NCBI GenBank assembly: GCA_038321985.1
Contig: JBBQFN010000008.1
Coordinates: 32,001 to 96,000, forward strand
Length of the DNA: 64,000 nucleotides
Reading direction: 5' to 3'
DNA from: Cyanophyceae cyanobacterium
GTDB lineage: Bacteria > Cyanobacteriota > Cyanobacteriia > Cyanobacteriales > Laspinemataceae
In this document: piece after piece, positions 1 through 11,096 of the stretch
How the letters are laid out: each line of letters begins with the position of its first letter
Numbering within the stretch: the stretch's first letter is position 1
The notes under the pieces: generated by a model
Databases searched by the model: none
What the model was told of the DNA's origin: nothing
The model's input: only the letters and a program-made list of their open reading frames with translations
Translations under genes and position numbers: made by a program

Positions 1-196
1 TTTCGCAGCCTAACCCCCGAATGGGAGAATGCTGAGTAACGAAAGGAGGAAGGATGAGGGATTTCCAACCCTCATCCGTTCGGTAGAAATGATAAAATTC
101 ATATCAGTTCAAACTCCCGTCAGCCAACCTCTGTAAAATACGGGACATAAAACTGGCTGAATCAAACCCTCTTAAAAGTAGCGCTACTGTCCTGAT

Positions 197-3010
197 ATGC
201 TTAAAAATCTGCTAGGCGACCCCAACGCACGCAAGTTAAAAAAATATCAACCCCTCGTCGTTGATATCAATCTCCTTGAAGAAGAAATCCAGACCCTAAG
301 CGATGACCAACTAACGGCTAAGACAGCAGAATTTAAAGAAAAGCTATCAAAAGCCAAAACCATCGCTCAAGAAAAAGAGATTTTGGATGACATACTGCCG
401 GAAGCGTTTGCGGTCGTGCGAGAAGCCGCTAGGCGGGTTTTGGGCATGAGACACTTTGACGTGCAGTTGCTCGGGGGTACGATACTGCACGAGGGGCAGA
501 TTGCGGAAATGAAAACCGGGGAAGGGAAAACCCTTGTTTCCACCTTACCCGCTTACTTAAATGCATTGAATGGCAAAGGTGTTCATGCCGTCACCGTGAA
601 CGACTATCTCGCGCGACGGGATGCGGAATGGATGGGACAAGTGCATCGGTTCCTCGGTTTATCCGTGGGACTGATTCAACAGGGGATGTCCCCCACAGAA
701 CGCAAAAAAAACTACGGTTGCGATATCACCTACTGCACGAACTCCGAACTCGGGTTTGACTACCTGCGGGATAACATGGCAACCTCGATGGCAGAAGTGG
801 TGCAACGTCCCTTCAACTACTGCATCATCGACGAAGTGGATTCGGTGCTCGTTGATGAAGCGCGGACACCCTTGATTATTTCTGGACAAATTGAACGTCC
901 CACTGAGAAATACACCCGCGCCACGGAGATTGCGATGGCGCTGACTACTGAGGAGCATTACGAGGTCGATGAAAAGGCCCGCAATATCCTGCTAACGGAC
1001 GAAGGATTTGCCCAAGCAGAGGAATTGTTGGGAGTGACGGACCTTTATGACCCGGCGGATCCTTGGGCGCACTACATCTTTAATGCGATTAAAGCTAAAG
1101 AACTGTTTATCAAGGATGTCAACTATATCGTCCGTCAGGATGAAGTGGTGATAGTAGATGAGTTTACCGGACGAGTGATGCCCGGACGTCGCTGGAGTGA
1201 TGGATTACACCAGGCGATCGAGGCAAAGGAACGAGTCGAAATCCAACCGGAAACTCAAACCCTGGCAACCATTACCTATCAAAACTTTTTCCTCCTGTAT
1301 CCTAAGTTAGCGGGGATGACCGGAACCGCCAAGACAGAAGAGGCAGAGTTTGAGCGAATTTATAACCTGCAAGTGACGGTGATTCCCACCAACCGATCGC
1401 TTCAGCGTTATGATATGTCCGACGTAGTGTATAAAAGCGAAGAAGGAAAATGGAAATCCATCGCCCAAGAATGTGCGGAAATGCACCAAGCGGGACGTCC
1501 GGTATTAGTCGGTACGACTAGCGTTGAAAAATCGGAGGTGCTCAGCAGACTGCTGAATCAACTGGAGATTCCTCACAACCTGCTCAATGCTAAACCGGAA
1601 AACGTAGAACGGGAATCAGAAATTGTCGCACAAGCAGGTCGTAAAGGTGCGGTTACGATCGCCACCAATATGGCGGGTCGCGGAACCGATATCATTCTCG
1701 GGGGTAATGCCGAATATATGGCCCGTCTCAAGGTGCGGGAATACCTGCTGCCTCGCATTGTGCGACCGGAGGAAGAAGGGGAGATAAATGCTGTTAAAGT
1801 CGCGGGGACTGATACACGCCATAAACCCGAAGGGTTTGCCACTACTTCTGACAAGAAAGTAAAAACTTGGAAAGTTTCACCGCAAATTTTCCCCACCCAA
1901 CTTTCTCGGGAAACGGAACAGCAACTCAAGGAAGCTGTAGAATTTTCTGTCCAGCAATATGGGGAACGAAAACTGGCGGAATTAGAGGCAGAAGATAAAG
2001 TGGCAGTCGCCTCGGAAAAAGCCCCTACGAACGACCCCGCAATTCAAAAACTCCGGGATATTTACAACCGAATTCGTGAAGAATACGAAGCCTTTACCAC
2101 CAGTGAACATCAAGAAGTGATCGAACTGGGTGGGTTGCACGTGATCGGCACTGAACGACACGAATCTCGCCGGATTGATAACCAATTACGGGGACGCGCC
2201 GGACGTCAAGGCGACCCCGGTTCTACTAAATTCTTCCTTAGCTTACAGGATAACTTATTGCGGATTTTCGGCGGTCAGCGCGTCGAGTCCATGATGAATA
2301 TGTTCCGGGTGGAAGAAGATATGCCGATCGAGTCTAAAATGCTGACTCGTTCCCTCGAAGGCGCACAAAAAAAGGTGGAAACCTACTACTACGACATCCG
2401 GAAACAGGTGTTTGAGTATGACGAAGTAATGAACAACCAACGGCGCGCCATCTATGCCGAACGACGCCGGGTACTCGAAGGATTAGACCTCAAAGAACAG
2501 GTGATCAAGTACGCCGAACAAACGATGGATGATATCGTGGAAGCCTACGTCAACCCGGATTTACCCTCGGAAGAATGGCAACTGGATCAAATGGTGGATA
2601 AGGTTAAAGAATTTGTGTATCTGTTAGCGGATTTGGAACCGAAACAACTGGAAGATTTATCGATTGAAGAAATCAAAACCTTCCTGCATGAACAAATCCG
2701 GATTGCTTACGACATGAAAGAAGCGCAAGTCGATCGCATTCAACCGGGACTGATGCGCCAAGCGGAACGGTTCTTTATTCTGCAACAAATAGATACGTTA
2801 TGGCGGGAACATTTGCAACAAATGGATGCCTTACGGGAATCGGTTGGGTTGCGGAGTTACGGTCAAAAAGATCCGTTGTTGGAGTATAAGAGTGAGGGGT
2901 ATGAGTTGTTCCTGGACATGATGACGGCGATCCGTCGGAATGTGGTCTATTCGTTGTTCCAATTCCAGCCGCAAATGCAACAAGCACAAGCTGCTGTGGC
3001 GGAACGGTAA
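197..3010 (+). CDS. secA: Preprotein translocase ATPase subunit SecA
   Basis: 937 aa; MKTGEGKT Walker [17 protein letters not shown] and [18 protein letters not shown] motifs. Confidence 0.99.
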   Translation: MLKNLLGDPNARKLKKYQPLVVDINLLEEEIQTLSDDQLTAKTAEFKEKLSKAKTIAQEKEILDDILPEAFAVVREAARRVLGMRHFDVQLLGGTILHEGQIAEMKTGEGKTLVSTLPAYLNALNGKGVHAVTVNDYLARRDAEWMGQVHRFLGLSVGLIQQGMSPTERKKNYGCDITYCTNSELGFDYLRDNMATSMAEVVQRPFNYCIIDEVDSVLVDEARTPLIISGQIERPTEKYTRATEIAMALTTEEHYEVDEKARNILLTDEGFAQAEELLGVTDLYDPADPWAHYIFNAIKAKELFIKDVNYIVRQDEVVIVDEFTGRVMPGRRWSDGLHQAIEAKERVEIQPETQTLATITYQNFFLLYPKLAGMTGTAKTEEAEFERIYNLQVTVIPTNRSLQRYDMSDVVYKSEEGKWKSIAQECAEMHQAGRPVLVGTTSVEKSEVLSRLLNQLEIPHNLLNAKPENVERESEIVAQAGRKGAVTIATNMAGRGTDIILGGNAEYMARLKVREYLLPRIVRPEEEGEINAVKVAGTDTRHKPEGFATTSDKKVKTWKVSPQIFPTQLSRETEQQLKEAVEFSVQQYGERKLAELEAEDKVAVASEKAPTNDPAIQKLRDIYNRIREEYEAFTTSEHQEVIELGGLHVIGTERHESRRIDNQLRGRAGRQGDPGSTKFFLSLQDNLLRIFGGQRVESMMNMFRVEEDMPIESKMLTRSLEGAQKKVETYYYDIRKQVFEYDEVMNNQRRAIYAERRRVLEGLDLKEQVIKYAEQTMDDIVEAYVNPDLPSEEWQLDQMVDKVKEFVYLLADLEPKQLEDLSIEEIKTFLHEQIRIAYDMKEAQVDRIQPGLMRQAERFFILQQIDTLWREHLQQMDALRESVGLRSYGQKDPLLEYKSEGYELFLDMMTAIRRNVVYSLFQFQPQMQQAQAAVAER

Positions 3011-3066
3011 AGCGGCAGGTTGATAAAGAAACCGTGTTCCAAATTCCAATGCGCGGACAAAGAGGA

Positions 3067-3157
3067 CCCCACCCTAACCCTCCCCTTGGCAAGGGGAGGG
3101 GACAAGAGGTAGCTAAAATTCCGGTCCCCCCCCTTAGCAAGGGGGGGCAAGGGGGGG
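3067..3157. repeat. Two GC-rich REP-like hairpins downstream of secA
   Basis: CCCTCCCCTT-ggc-AAGGGGAGGG (3078-3100) and CCCCCCCTT-agc-AAGGGGGGG (3127-3147); resemble common cyanobacterial intergenic palindromic repeats. Confidence 0.75.
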
Positions 3158-3216
3158 TTCCACTGTTGCGGAAAACCCTCCTAAAACTCTTTTAAAATTA
3201 CCTAACATCTGTAACC

Positions 3217-4353
3217 TTGGATATTTATAAAACTCTACTACGTCCGATTATTTTTTCGGGGGTGCAACCGGATCCGGAGTGGTGGCATCATCAAACGATG
3301 GTGGTGATGGAGTGGTTGAATCAGAATCGCGATCGCGCCACCATTAGCACGATTTTGTCCCAATTACATCACAGTTCTACGGTGGTTGATACGCGGTTAG
3401 AACAAACTCTGTGGGATATTAATTTTCCTAATCCGATTGGGTTGGCTGCGGGATTTGATAAGAATGGTACGGTTGGGGGAAGTTGGTCTAATTTAGGGTT
3501 TGGGTTTGCTGAATTGGGGACGGTGACGTTTCAGGCACAACCGGGTAATCCTCGTCCCCGGATGTTTCGGTTACCCCAGGATTTAGCGGTTATCAATCGT
3601 ATGGGGTTTAATAATAATGGTGCAGAAGCATTAGCAAAACGTCTCACGGATGATAAAGATAAAGGACAAATTACCTCGGTAAAACCGATTATTGGGATTA
3701 ATTTAGGCAAGTCTAAAATTACACCTTTAGAAGAAGCACCGGGGGATTATTTAGGCAGTTTTCGGCTGTTGAAGGAGTTCGGGGATTATTTTGTGGTGAA
3801 TGTGTCTTCGCCAAATACTCCAGGATTGCGATCGCTGCAAGAAGGGAAACAACTGGCGGAAATTTTAGATGCCTTGCAACAGGAGAATCAAGGGGTTAAA
3901 CCGATATTAGTTAAAATTGCCCCAGATTTGGAATGGGAAGCGATTTCCGAGGCGATAACCGTGGCTCAAACCTATCAACTGGCGGGGATGATTGCCACCA
4001 ATACGACGATTCGCCGGGATGGATTAAAAACCCAAACGATTAAGTTAACGGGTAATCCAGTGACGGAAGAAGCGGGAGGATTGAGTGGTGCACCATTAAG
4101 AGGGCGATCGACTGAAATTATCCGCTATATTCATCAACAAACCCAAGGACAAATGCCCATCATTGGAACCGGCGGAATTTTCACCGCAGAAGATGCCTGG
4201 GAAAAGATAACCGCAGGTGCTTGTTTGTTAGAAATTTATACAGGTTTGATTTATGAAGGACCCTGGATGGTCCGGCGAATTTTAAAAGGATTAGTGCAGA
4301 AATTAGAGGAGAATGGGTTAGGAAATATTGGTGAGGCAGTTGGCAGGAGTTAG
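3217..4353 (+). CDS. pyrD: Quinone-dependent dihydroorotate dehydrogenase
   Basis: GLAAGFDKN, NRMGFNN, VNVSSPNTPGLR, KIAPDL and GGLSG motifs. Confidence 0.97.
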   Translation: MDIYKTLLRPIIFSGVQPDPEWWHHQTMVVMEWLNQNRDRATISTILSQLHHSSTVVDTRLEQTLWDINFPNPIGLAAGFDKNGTVGGSWSNLGFGFAELGTVTFQAQPGNPRPRMFRLPQDLAVINRMGFNNNGAEALAKRLTDDKDKGQITSVKPIIGINLGKSKITPLEEAPGDYLGSFRLLKEFGDYFVVNVSSPNTPGLRSLQEGKQLAEILDALQQENQGVKPILVKIAPDLEWEAISEAITVAQTYQLAGMIATNTTIRRDGLKTQTIKLTGNPVTEEAGGLSGAPLRGRSTEIIRYIHQQTQGQMPIIGTGGIFTAEDAWEKITAGACLLEIYTGLIYEGPWMVRRILKGLVQKLEENGLGNIGEAVGRS

Positions 4354-4496
4354 CGGTTGGGGAAAACAGGCCTTGGATCGTTGCGCTGAGGCATTCCTTC
4401 ATCAAGGGGAATTGAGATAAGCTAACTCTGCCCTAGGAATACTATCACCATTTATAATAAGGCTGAAAATCTCCAATTCTTGACCGGGGGACGGCG

Positions 4497-7400
4497 ATGG
4501 ATATTCTCACAGAGCGTCCAACAAGATTGTTGACCGCCAGTGCTTTAGTGGTTGGCGGGACGCTGTGCGGTGGTCCTTTAGGTGCGATAGGTACCATTGC
4601 CGCCTCAGTTGCTGCGGGTATCACCGCCAACGACATGGTTCCCCAGCATCTTAGCAATGTTGCCGTCCGCTTGCGTGGCAGTAGAGACAAGTTAAAGAAT
4701 CATGACTTGACGGCGGCGACGGGGTTCGCCATTGCCCTAATTATCAAAAGTATCGCTGAAGCGGGGACCTATCCAAACTCCACAAAAAAATTGGAAACCC
4801 TTGCCAAATATACAGTCAAAGCATGGCAGGGAGTCGCCTACAACCTGAAACAGGTAAAAGAGACCAATTTTGACCCCATCCAAGAAGCCAACCTGAGCAC
4901 GCTATTTCAAGGGGGAACGGCGGATTATGTGGGTCAAACCGTCTTGAAGCGAGAAGATTGGCACGACTTGTTAAACAGTTGGCTATGTCCTGGGGCTAAA
5001 GTGGAATTTCTGGATCATGTCTTGCAAGAAGTGGCGACACAGTTGCGGGATAAATTTGCTTTCGCCTTGCGGGAAGTGTTGAAAGCGGATTTTGAGGAGG
5101 GAGGGAAAGCTTTCGCCGGGTTGACTCTCTCCCTGCTGGGGGAAATGCGCGGCATTTTGCAGGAGTTGGCGGAGGGAAGTTCCCAGACACAGCGAGAAGA
5201 CTTAACAGCACACTTGGCGGTGGTGAAGCAACTGCGGCAGGAGTTGGAGGGAAATTCCCAACGGTTTCAGGCGTTGGGGGGACAGATTGAGTCCGGGTTT
5301 GAGGCGGTGTTGCAGGAGTTGGGCATCACTCGGGCAGCAATTGCCGAGATGCGGGGTTGGTTGCAGCAGGAATTACGGATTTTAGAAACAAAGGTTGACG
5401 GAATACAACACACCGTTGATGGAATACAACAGACTCTTGAAACAGGTTTAGAGAGGGTTATCAAGGGTATCGAGGGAGAAAAATCCCACATTCAAGCGAT
5501 TTCCTTCAGTTTGGATACTAACCCTCCCAAGGTGACCAACTGGCAGGGACGGGAGGGGGAATTGACTACCGTTAACCGTTGGTTGGATGATGAGAATACC
5601 AAACTCGGCGTCATTGTGGGGATGGCGGGGATGGGAAAATCTACCCTGGCGGCGAGGGTGTTTCGGGAACGGACGGACTTCGATGACAAACTGTGGGTGG
5701 ATTTGCGGCAGCGTCCACTTTATTCCATTGTAGCGAGAGGAATATTGAAGCAGTTGGGGAAACTCTCGTCTCAGGAGTTGGAACAAATTGAAGAAACTCG
5801 CCTAACCCAGGTGTTGGTGCACTGTCTGCAACGTCGCAGGTTTTTGCTGGTGTTGGATAATTTGGAATCCGTGTTGCAGGATGAGGGATATCAAGAGTTT
5901 TTGCAGCAGTGGGTGGGGTACTGTCACCACACGGAGATTCTAGTAACGACTCAAATTGTGCCGGATTTGGTGCAGGTCAAACCCACGGAATTAGCCTTAT
6001 CCGGACTGTTGCCAGAGAAGGGGGCGCAACTGTTGCAAGACTTGGGCGTGGGGGGAACCGATGCAGAATTGGCGGAATTTGTCACCCAGGTGAATGGACA
6101 TCCTTTGATTCTTACATTGGTGGCGGGGTTGTTGAATGATCGGGAGTTAGGCGAGGGGGCAACAAAAGCAGATTCGGCAGGGTTGGGAATCCCCGCTATG
6201 GGGGCATTGATATCTCGGTTGAAGGGAACCCATCGGGGGGAGTTGGTGCAGTTGGTGGCGGTGTTGGATGCCTGTTTTCAGCGGTTGTCCCAGGAGTCGC
6301 AACGGGTGTTGCTGTCTCTGGTGGTGTTGCGTCAAGGGTTTGATGCGGCGGTGGCGAGTGCCATGACTGGGAAGGCGGTGACGGAGAAGGAGTTGCGGGA
6401 GTTGGGGAAACGGGGATTTTTGGTGGCGGAGGCAGGGGGTTATACGTTCCAGCTGTTTATTGTGGACTATCTCAAGTTTAGGCTGGGGGACTTGCGGGAG
6501 GGGCATTTACGGGCGATCGAGTTTTATCAGAGTCGGTTGAAGTCTCGCAATGAGTGGGAGACAGTGGAGGATGTGCGGGAATATTTGGAGGTGTTTTATC
6601 ATCGGTGTGAGTTGGAGGAGTATGAGGCGGCGTTTGATGGGATTCGGGATGGAATTTATAGCGATAATTGTGTGGCTAGGTTTCTTGATTTACGGGGTAA
6701 CAATCAACTCCTTGCCGAACTCTACCAGCAACTAATCGACAATCTCACGAATCGGTACGATTGGCGATATACTGCCTCTTTAACATCGTTAGGTAACGCT
6801 TGTAATTCCCTGGGACTTTACAGCAAAGCGATCAACTTTCAAAAACAATCTCTGGAAATTTTCCGGAAAATCGGCGACAGACCGGGGGAAGCCACTTCTT
6901 TAGGCAATTTAGGTGACGATTACCATTCCATCGGACGCTACAACGAAGCCATCGACTTTCTCGAACAATCTCTGGAAATTTACCAAAAAATTGGCGACAG
7001 GGGGGGGGAAGCCACTTCTTTAAACAATTTAGGTAACGCTTACCATTTCCTCGGACGCTACAGTGAAGCGATCAACTTTTACAAAAAATCTCTGGAAAAT
7101 TTCCGGGGAATCAGCAACACAGAGGGGGAAGCCTATTCTTTAATGGGTTTAGGTAACGCTTCCAATGCCCTAGGACGCTACAGCGAAGCGATCGACTTTT
7201 ACGAACAATCTCTGAAAATTTTCCGGGAAATCAGCTACAGACAGGGGGAAGCCAATTCTTTAAATAATTTAGGGAACGCTTCCCATTCCCTGGGACGTTA
7301 CAGCAAAGCGATCGACTTTTATGAACAATCTTTAGAAATTTTTCGGGAAATCAGCTACAGACAGGGGGAAGCCTATTCTTTAAACAATTTAGGTGATGCT

Positions 7401-7778
7401 TACAATGCCCTGGGACGCTACAGCAAAGCGATCGACTTTCTTGAACAATCTCTGGAAATTAAACGGAAAATCGGAGACAGAAGGGGAGAAGCGATGAAAC
7501 TCTTGGCGTTAGTTGGTCTGTATCCCAAAGCAGGCAAAGTCCAAGAAGGTTTTACAGCTTTACAGCAAGCGACATTAATTTGGCAACAATCGGATTTACC
7601 TTTTGACGCTTACCCGCTTCCAAATTGGATGAAAAAATTGGCTAAATTCGCACAACGGGGTAAGTTTCATCTGATGGTGTGTTTTATGGGGGGCCTTGTC
7701 GCCTTTCCCTTTGCCCTGGTTTGGTTTATTGGATTAATCCTCTATCGTCTCATCCGTCACAGATTCAAGCCTCGCTAA
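4497..7778 (+). CDS. STAND NTPase (NB-ARC-like) with N-terminal helical domain, TPR array and C-terminal hydrophobic segment
   Basis: GMAGMGKS Walker A, LLVLDNLE Walker B, GHPL motif, six 40-aa TPR-like repeats, C-terminal LMVCFMGGLVAFPFALVWFIGLILY followed by a basic tail. Confidence 0.9.
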   Translation: MDILTERPTRLLTASALVVGGTLCGGPLGAIGTIAASVAAGITANDMVPQHLSNVAVRLRGSRDKLKNHDLTAATGFAIALIIKSIAEAGTYPNSTKKLETLAKYTVKAWQGVAYNLKQVKETNFDPIQEANLSTLFQGGTADYVGQTVLKREDWHDLLNSWLCPGAKVEFLDHVLQEVATQLRDKFAFALREVLKADFEEGGKAFAGLTLSLLGEMRGILQELAEGSSQTQREDLTAHLAVVKQLRQELEGNSQRFQALGGQIESGFEAVLQELGITRAAIAEMRGWLQQELRILETKVDGIQHTVDGIQQTLETGLERVIKGIEGEKSHIQAISFSLDTNPPKVTNWQGREGELTTVNRWLDDENTKLGVIVGMAGMGKSTLAARVFRERTDFDDKLWVDLRQRPLYSIVARGILKQLGKLSSQELEQIEETRLTQVLVHCLQRRRFLLVLDNLESVLQDEGYQEFLQQWVGYCHHTEILVTTQIVPDLVQVKPTELALSGLLPEKGAQLLQDLGVGGTDAELAEFVTQVNGHPLILTLVAGLLNDRELGEGATKADSAGLGIPAMGALISRLKGTHRGELVQLVAVLDACFQRLSQESQRVLLSLVVLRQGFDAAVASAMTGKAVTEKELRELGKRGFLVAEAGGYTFQLFIVDYLKFRLGDLREGHLRAIEFYQSRLKSRNEWETVEDVREYLEVFYHRCELEEYEAAFDGIRDGIYSDNCVARFLDLRGNNQLLAELYQQLIDNLTNRYDWRYTASLTSLGNACNSLGLYSKAINFQKQSLEIFRKIGDRPGEATSLGNLGDDYHSIGRYNEAIDFLEQSLEIYQKIGDRGGEATSLNNLGNAYHFLGRYSEAINFYKKSLENFRGISNTEGEAYSLMGLGNASNALGRYSEAIDFYEQSLKIFREISYRQGEANSLNNLGNASHSLGRYSKAIDFYEQSLEIFREISYRQGEAYSLNNLGDAYNALGRYSKAIDFLEQSLEIKRKIGDRRGEAMKLLALVGLYPKAGKVQEGFTALQQATLIWQQSDLPFDAYPLPNWMKKLAKFAQRGKFHLMVCFMGGLVAFPFALVWFIGLILYRLIRHRFKPR
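6781..7500 (+). repeat. Six tandem 120-bp TPR-coding repeats
   Basis: Units start at 6781, 6901, 7021, 7141, 7261 and 7381 and align without gaps. Confidence 0.95.
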
Positions 7779-7916
7779 TGTCAATCATATATCCAGCGTG
7801 ATATTTTGAAAGGCATTTTTCCAGAATCCCTCTCTTTTGGAGATAATTTTATAGCTTTAAAAAATTAATAAGTCAAAAACTTGATTAAGCGTCAGTCCTG
7901 CTGTTTTCTATTTTTA

Positions 7917-8483
7917 CTATAAATACAGCCATCCAAATAACTCTCGGGCTGATAGTTGCCAATCGGTTAATACGCTCAAAACGGGTAAAATATCATCACC
8001 GGTTTTGGCTTCGGGCGTTTGATTGGGTTGAAATATCATTACCGATTCATCCTCTGGATCGACTAACCATCCTAGCTGGGTTCCGTGATTTAGGCAAAAG
8101 ATAATTTTTCTAATCCCCCGATTTGCGGATTGTTCAGGTGATAAAATTTCAATCATCCAATCTGGTGCAATTGTCACTCTGTTATCTAATCTGCCATTCG
8201 CTTTTCGGGGAATCCGCTGCCATTCAAATACAACGATATCAGGAACAATAGAACTTCCGCCAAATGTACAGCGCAACTCGGTAAAGGCAGCAGCTATCTT
8301 AGGTGGTTTACCTATATTATTGATAGCGGACCCTAATTCAATTTGAATGGCGCTATGTTCGGTTTGTGGCATGGGTTTTTGATAAATTGCTCCATTGATA
8401 TAGTCACTGGCGGGTTTGGTTTCGGCTAACTGTAAGAATTCTTCTAGGGTAATGTCAGTGAGGGATTGAATTGCGGGAGTCAT
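7917..8483 (-). CDS. Uma2 family (DUF820) endonuclease-fold protein
   Basis: ITLEEFL...KPMP, VPDIVVF, APDWMIEILSP and GTQLGWLVDP patterns. Confidence 0.92.
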   Translation of the reverse strand: MTPAIQSLTDITLEEFLQLAETKPASDYINGAIYQKPMPQTEHSAIQIELGSAINNIGKPPKIAAAFTELRCTFGGSSIVPDIVVFEWQRIPRKANGRLDNRVTIAPDWMIEILSPEQSANRGIRKIIFCLNHGTQLGWLVDPEDESVMIFQPNQTPEAKTGDDILPVLSVLTDWQLSARELFGWLYL

Positions 8484-8790
8484 AACGGTTTTCTCCTAAA
8501 CGGTTTGGGAATGTCTTCAGGGGTCTGGCTAGGGTAGGGGCTGTTAGGTAATATGGGGGTAACCGGATTCTCTTGTTAATTATAACTCCTTTTCTTTTAT
8601 TACCTCTGTTATGTTTAATCTTCCTTGATAGCATTGCCCTAACCAAATTTTAAATTTAATGAAATTAAACTGATTTTTTTTGAATGCTAGCATTAGCAAA
8701 TATAAACTTAATTTAAACAAATCAGCATAGAGTCCCCGGTTTCTGTCAATTCCCATTTGTCCAAAAGTTTGCTAAACTAGAGTTAATGTA

Positions 8791-9516
8791 ATGGTTAACC
8801 GGGCAGGCAATATGGTACAGAGTCAAACCTCGGATATTCCTATCTTTCCCCCCGGCGATTTATGGAGTGAGGAGCCACCATTGGAAAGTTATCGTCATCT
8901 GAAACAACTGCTGTTATTAGTGAGTTGTTTAGAACGGTTTTGGAAAAATCGCCAGGACTTCTTTGCAGCCGCCAATATGAGCGTCTATTACAGTACCCGC
9001 CAGCGCAAATCAGAAGAAATGCGGGGACCCGATTTTTTCGTGGTTCTGAATACGGAACGGCTAGAACGTAAAAGTTGGGTTGTCTGGGAAGAAGAGGGTA
9101 AATATCCGAATTTTATTATTGAGGTGCTTTCGGATAGTACCGCCAAAACCGATCGCGGTTTGAAAAAACAGCTTTATCAAGATGTTTGGCGCACTCCTGA
9201 TTACTTTTGGTTTGACCCCTATACCTTGGAATTTCAGGGATTTCACCTGATGAATGGGGAATATCAAGCCATTTCGGCCAATGACCAAGGATGGCTGTGG
9301 AGTGAACAATTGCAGCTTTATTTGGGGATTTTAGAGGAAAAGCTGCGGTTTTTCACCCCGGAAAGGCAACTGGTTCTGACCCCAGAGGAAGAAGCAGATG
9401 CTGAAGGGGTTCGTGTTCAGGAGGCGATCGCCCAAGTTGATATGGAACGCCAACGCAGCGCTATTTTTCGGCAAAAGCTGCAAGAACTGGGTATTAATCC
9501 AGATGAAATTACTTAA
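8791..9516 (+). CDS. Uma2 family (DUF820) endonuclease-fold protein
   Basis: SEEPPLES..HL, GPDFFVV, PNFIIEVLS and YFWFDP motifs; C-terminal LQELGINPD. Confidence 0.92.
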   Translation: MVNRAGNMVQSQTSDIPIFPPGDLWSEEPPLESYRHLKQLLLLVSCLERFWKNRQDFFAAANMSVYYSTRQRKSEEMRGPDFFVVLNTERLERKSWVVWEEEGKYPNFIIEVLSDSTAKTDRGLKKQLYQDVWRTPDYFWFDPYTLEFQGFHLMNGEYQAISANDQGWLWSEQLQLYLGILEEKLRFFTPERQLVLTPEEEADAEGVRVQEAIAQVDMERQRSAIFRQKLQELGINPDEIT

Positions 9517-9529
9517 TATTCTTCAAACT

Positions 9530-9567
9530 TAAAGATTCCGGATTTACTGGGTATTCCGGAATCTTTA
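9530..9567 (+). terminator. Inverted repeat/terminator after the Uma2 gene
   Basis: TAAAGATTCCGGA...TCCGGAATCTTTA 13-bp arms. Confidence 0.6.
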
Positions 9568-9747
9568 GATTAGATGGCTCCGTCAAAAACTCTTGCCTTG
9601 AATGGGAAATGGTTAGGAGCAAAAGCCCCTATAAATGCAGGGTTTTCCCCGTTTATATAATAAAAAAAGGACTTAATTTTAAATATCTTGAGAATATCTA
9701 ATTTTTTAAAATTTGTTTTCAACGAAATTTATCTTTAAACACTCAAA

Positions 9748-10416
9748 ATGGAATTTGTAATAAATATGTCAAATTTTCTCACCTGGCCTTTTTTGTTGCT
9801 ATTCGTGGTTATTGCTGGTGTCATCATTCCCTTGGGGTTGAATGCCTACGTTTATGCAGTGACTGCGGGCGATCGCTATACAGAAATTGAACAGGTTCCC
9901 CCCCAACCGATTGCCATTGTATTTGGGGCCGGGGTTTGGGAGGATGGTACTCCTACCCCCATGCTGGCCGATCGCGTTCAAGCTGCTGTGGATTTGTATA
10001 AAATCGGTCGCGTTCAGAAAATTTTGATGACCGGCGATAACTCCCGTCCCGATTATGATGAAGTTCAAGCGATGTCATTCTACGCGCAAGAACGCGGGGT
10101 TCCGGTGACTGATATTCTCCTCGATCGCGCTGGATTAAGCACTTATGATAGTTGTTACCGCGCTCAAACCCTTTTGGGGATTCAACAGGCGGTTTTAATT
10201 ACCCAACGCTATCATCTTCCTCGGGCGGTTTATACATCTCGTAAAATGGGAATTAAAGCTGTGGGTTTGGGAACTCCCGATTGGGGGATTTTTCGCACTG
10301 ATTCCATGAGTTACTATACTTTTCGAGAATTTCTGGCAGTGGTCAAAGCCTTATGGCAGGTACAGGTTACCCGACCCCAACCTACGGTTATCGGTCCTTT
10401 TAATGGAGTAGAATAA
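9748..10416 (+). CDS. SanA/YdcF (DUF218) family membrane protein
   Basis: N-terminal TM helix; AIVFGAG, LMTGDN, AGLSTYDSCYRA, TQRYHLPRA and REFLA motifs. Confidence 0.9.
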   Translation: MEFVINMSNFLTWPFLLLFVVIAGVIIPLGLNAYVYAVTAGDRYTEIEQVPPQPIAIVFGAGVWEDGTPTPMLADRVQAAVDLYKIGRVQKILMTGDNSRPDYDEVQAMSFYAQERGVPVTDILLDRAGLSTYDSCYRAQTLLGIQQAVLITQRYHLPRAVYTSRKMGIKAVGLGTPDWGIFRTDSMSYYTFREFLAVVKALWQVQVTRPQPTVIGPFNGVE

Positions 10417-10729
10417 TTGCTACAACTAGGTGCACTCATCCCTTGATTATTTTCCGTTAATTGCAGAAAATTAAACTTCACACATAGGGAAAAGATGCGA
10501 TGAATTAATCAGGCCGATCGCGTCTTTATCAAAAATTTAGTCTTGTCCTCACCGGGCCCACATAGCACCCCTTAATTACAGCGATCGCTGTTCTTCTGCG
10601 GTCCCGGTGTGATGGCAAGAGCAAGAGAGTGATGGAGTCAGTCTCGTAGGAATAGTCGGCTAAAAGTTAGATATCTCTTAAACATCCCTGAGCGTTGCTC
10701 TCTATTTTTTTTATTGCGCGAATAAAAAT

Positions 10730-10915
10730 TCAGGGTGTTTCTTCATCGAGTAGTCCCACCTGAGACCACAGAATTTTTACCATCAGCGCTTTAGCAATTG
10801 CATTCAACTCTTCGGCTGCTTCTGAATCGGCTGGCTCTAAGGCGGATTCTGCCTCCCCTGGGGAGGATGCTTCATCTTCTGGGTTATTAATTTTGGGCGG
10901 ATCTTCTGGGTTCAT
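10730..10915 (-). CDS. Small acidic hypothetical protein (61 aa from the likely ATG)
   Basis: ATG preceded by GGAAGG; acidic low-complexity N-terminus and helical C-terminus. Confidence 0.45.
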   Translation of the reverse strand: MNPEDPPKINNPEDEASSPGEAESALEPADSEAAEELNAIAKALMVKILWSQVGLLDEETP

Positions 10916-11096
10916 GCTGTCTTTACCTTCCATGAGCAATTCGGATATCTGTTCTTACTATAAATCCGTTTGTTTCCTCGAAGGGCGATCGCAGTTTGAA
11001 CCCCAGGTGAAGATTATCCCCTTAAATTGCGATCGCGATCGCAATTTAAGGGCACAGGGAAGACCTGCCCAGATTTATCGGGAATATTACCGAATA

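Noticed and set aside
6781..7500. TPR repeats as a diversity-generating retroelement TR/VR pair or a CRISPR array
   Set aside because: Differences are not adenine-specific, there are no unique spacers, and the window has no reverse transcriptase or cas gene.
4497..7778. Scarcity of HIP1 in the STAND genes as proof of horizontal acquisition
   Set aside because: The core gene secA also shows few or no perfect HIP1 sites by eye, so the signal is not diagnostic without counting.
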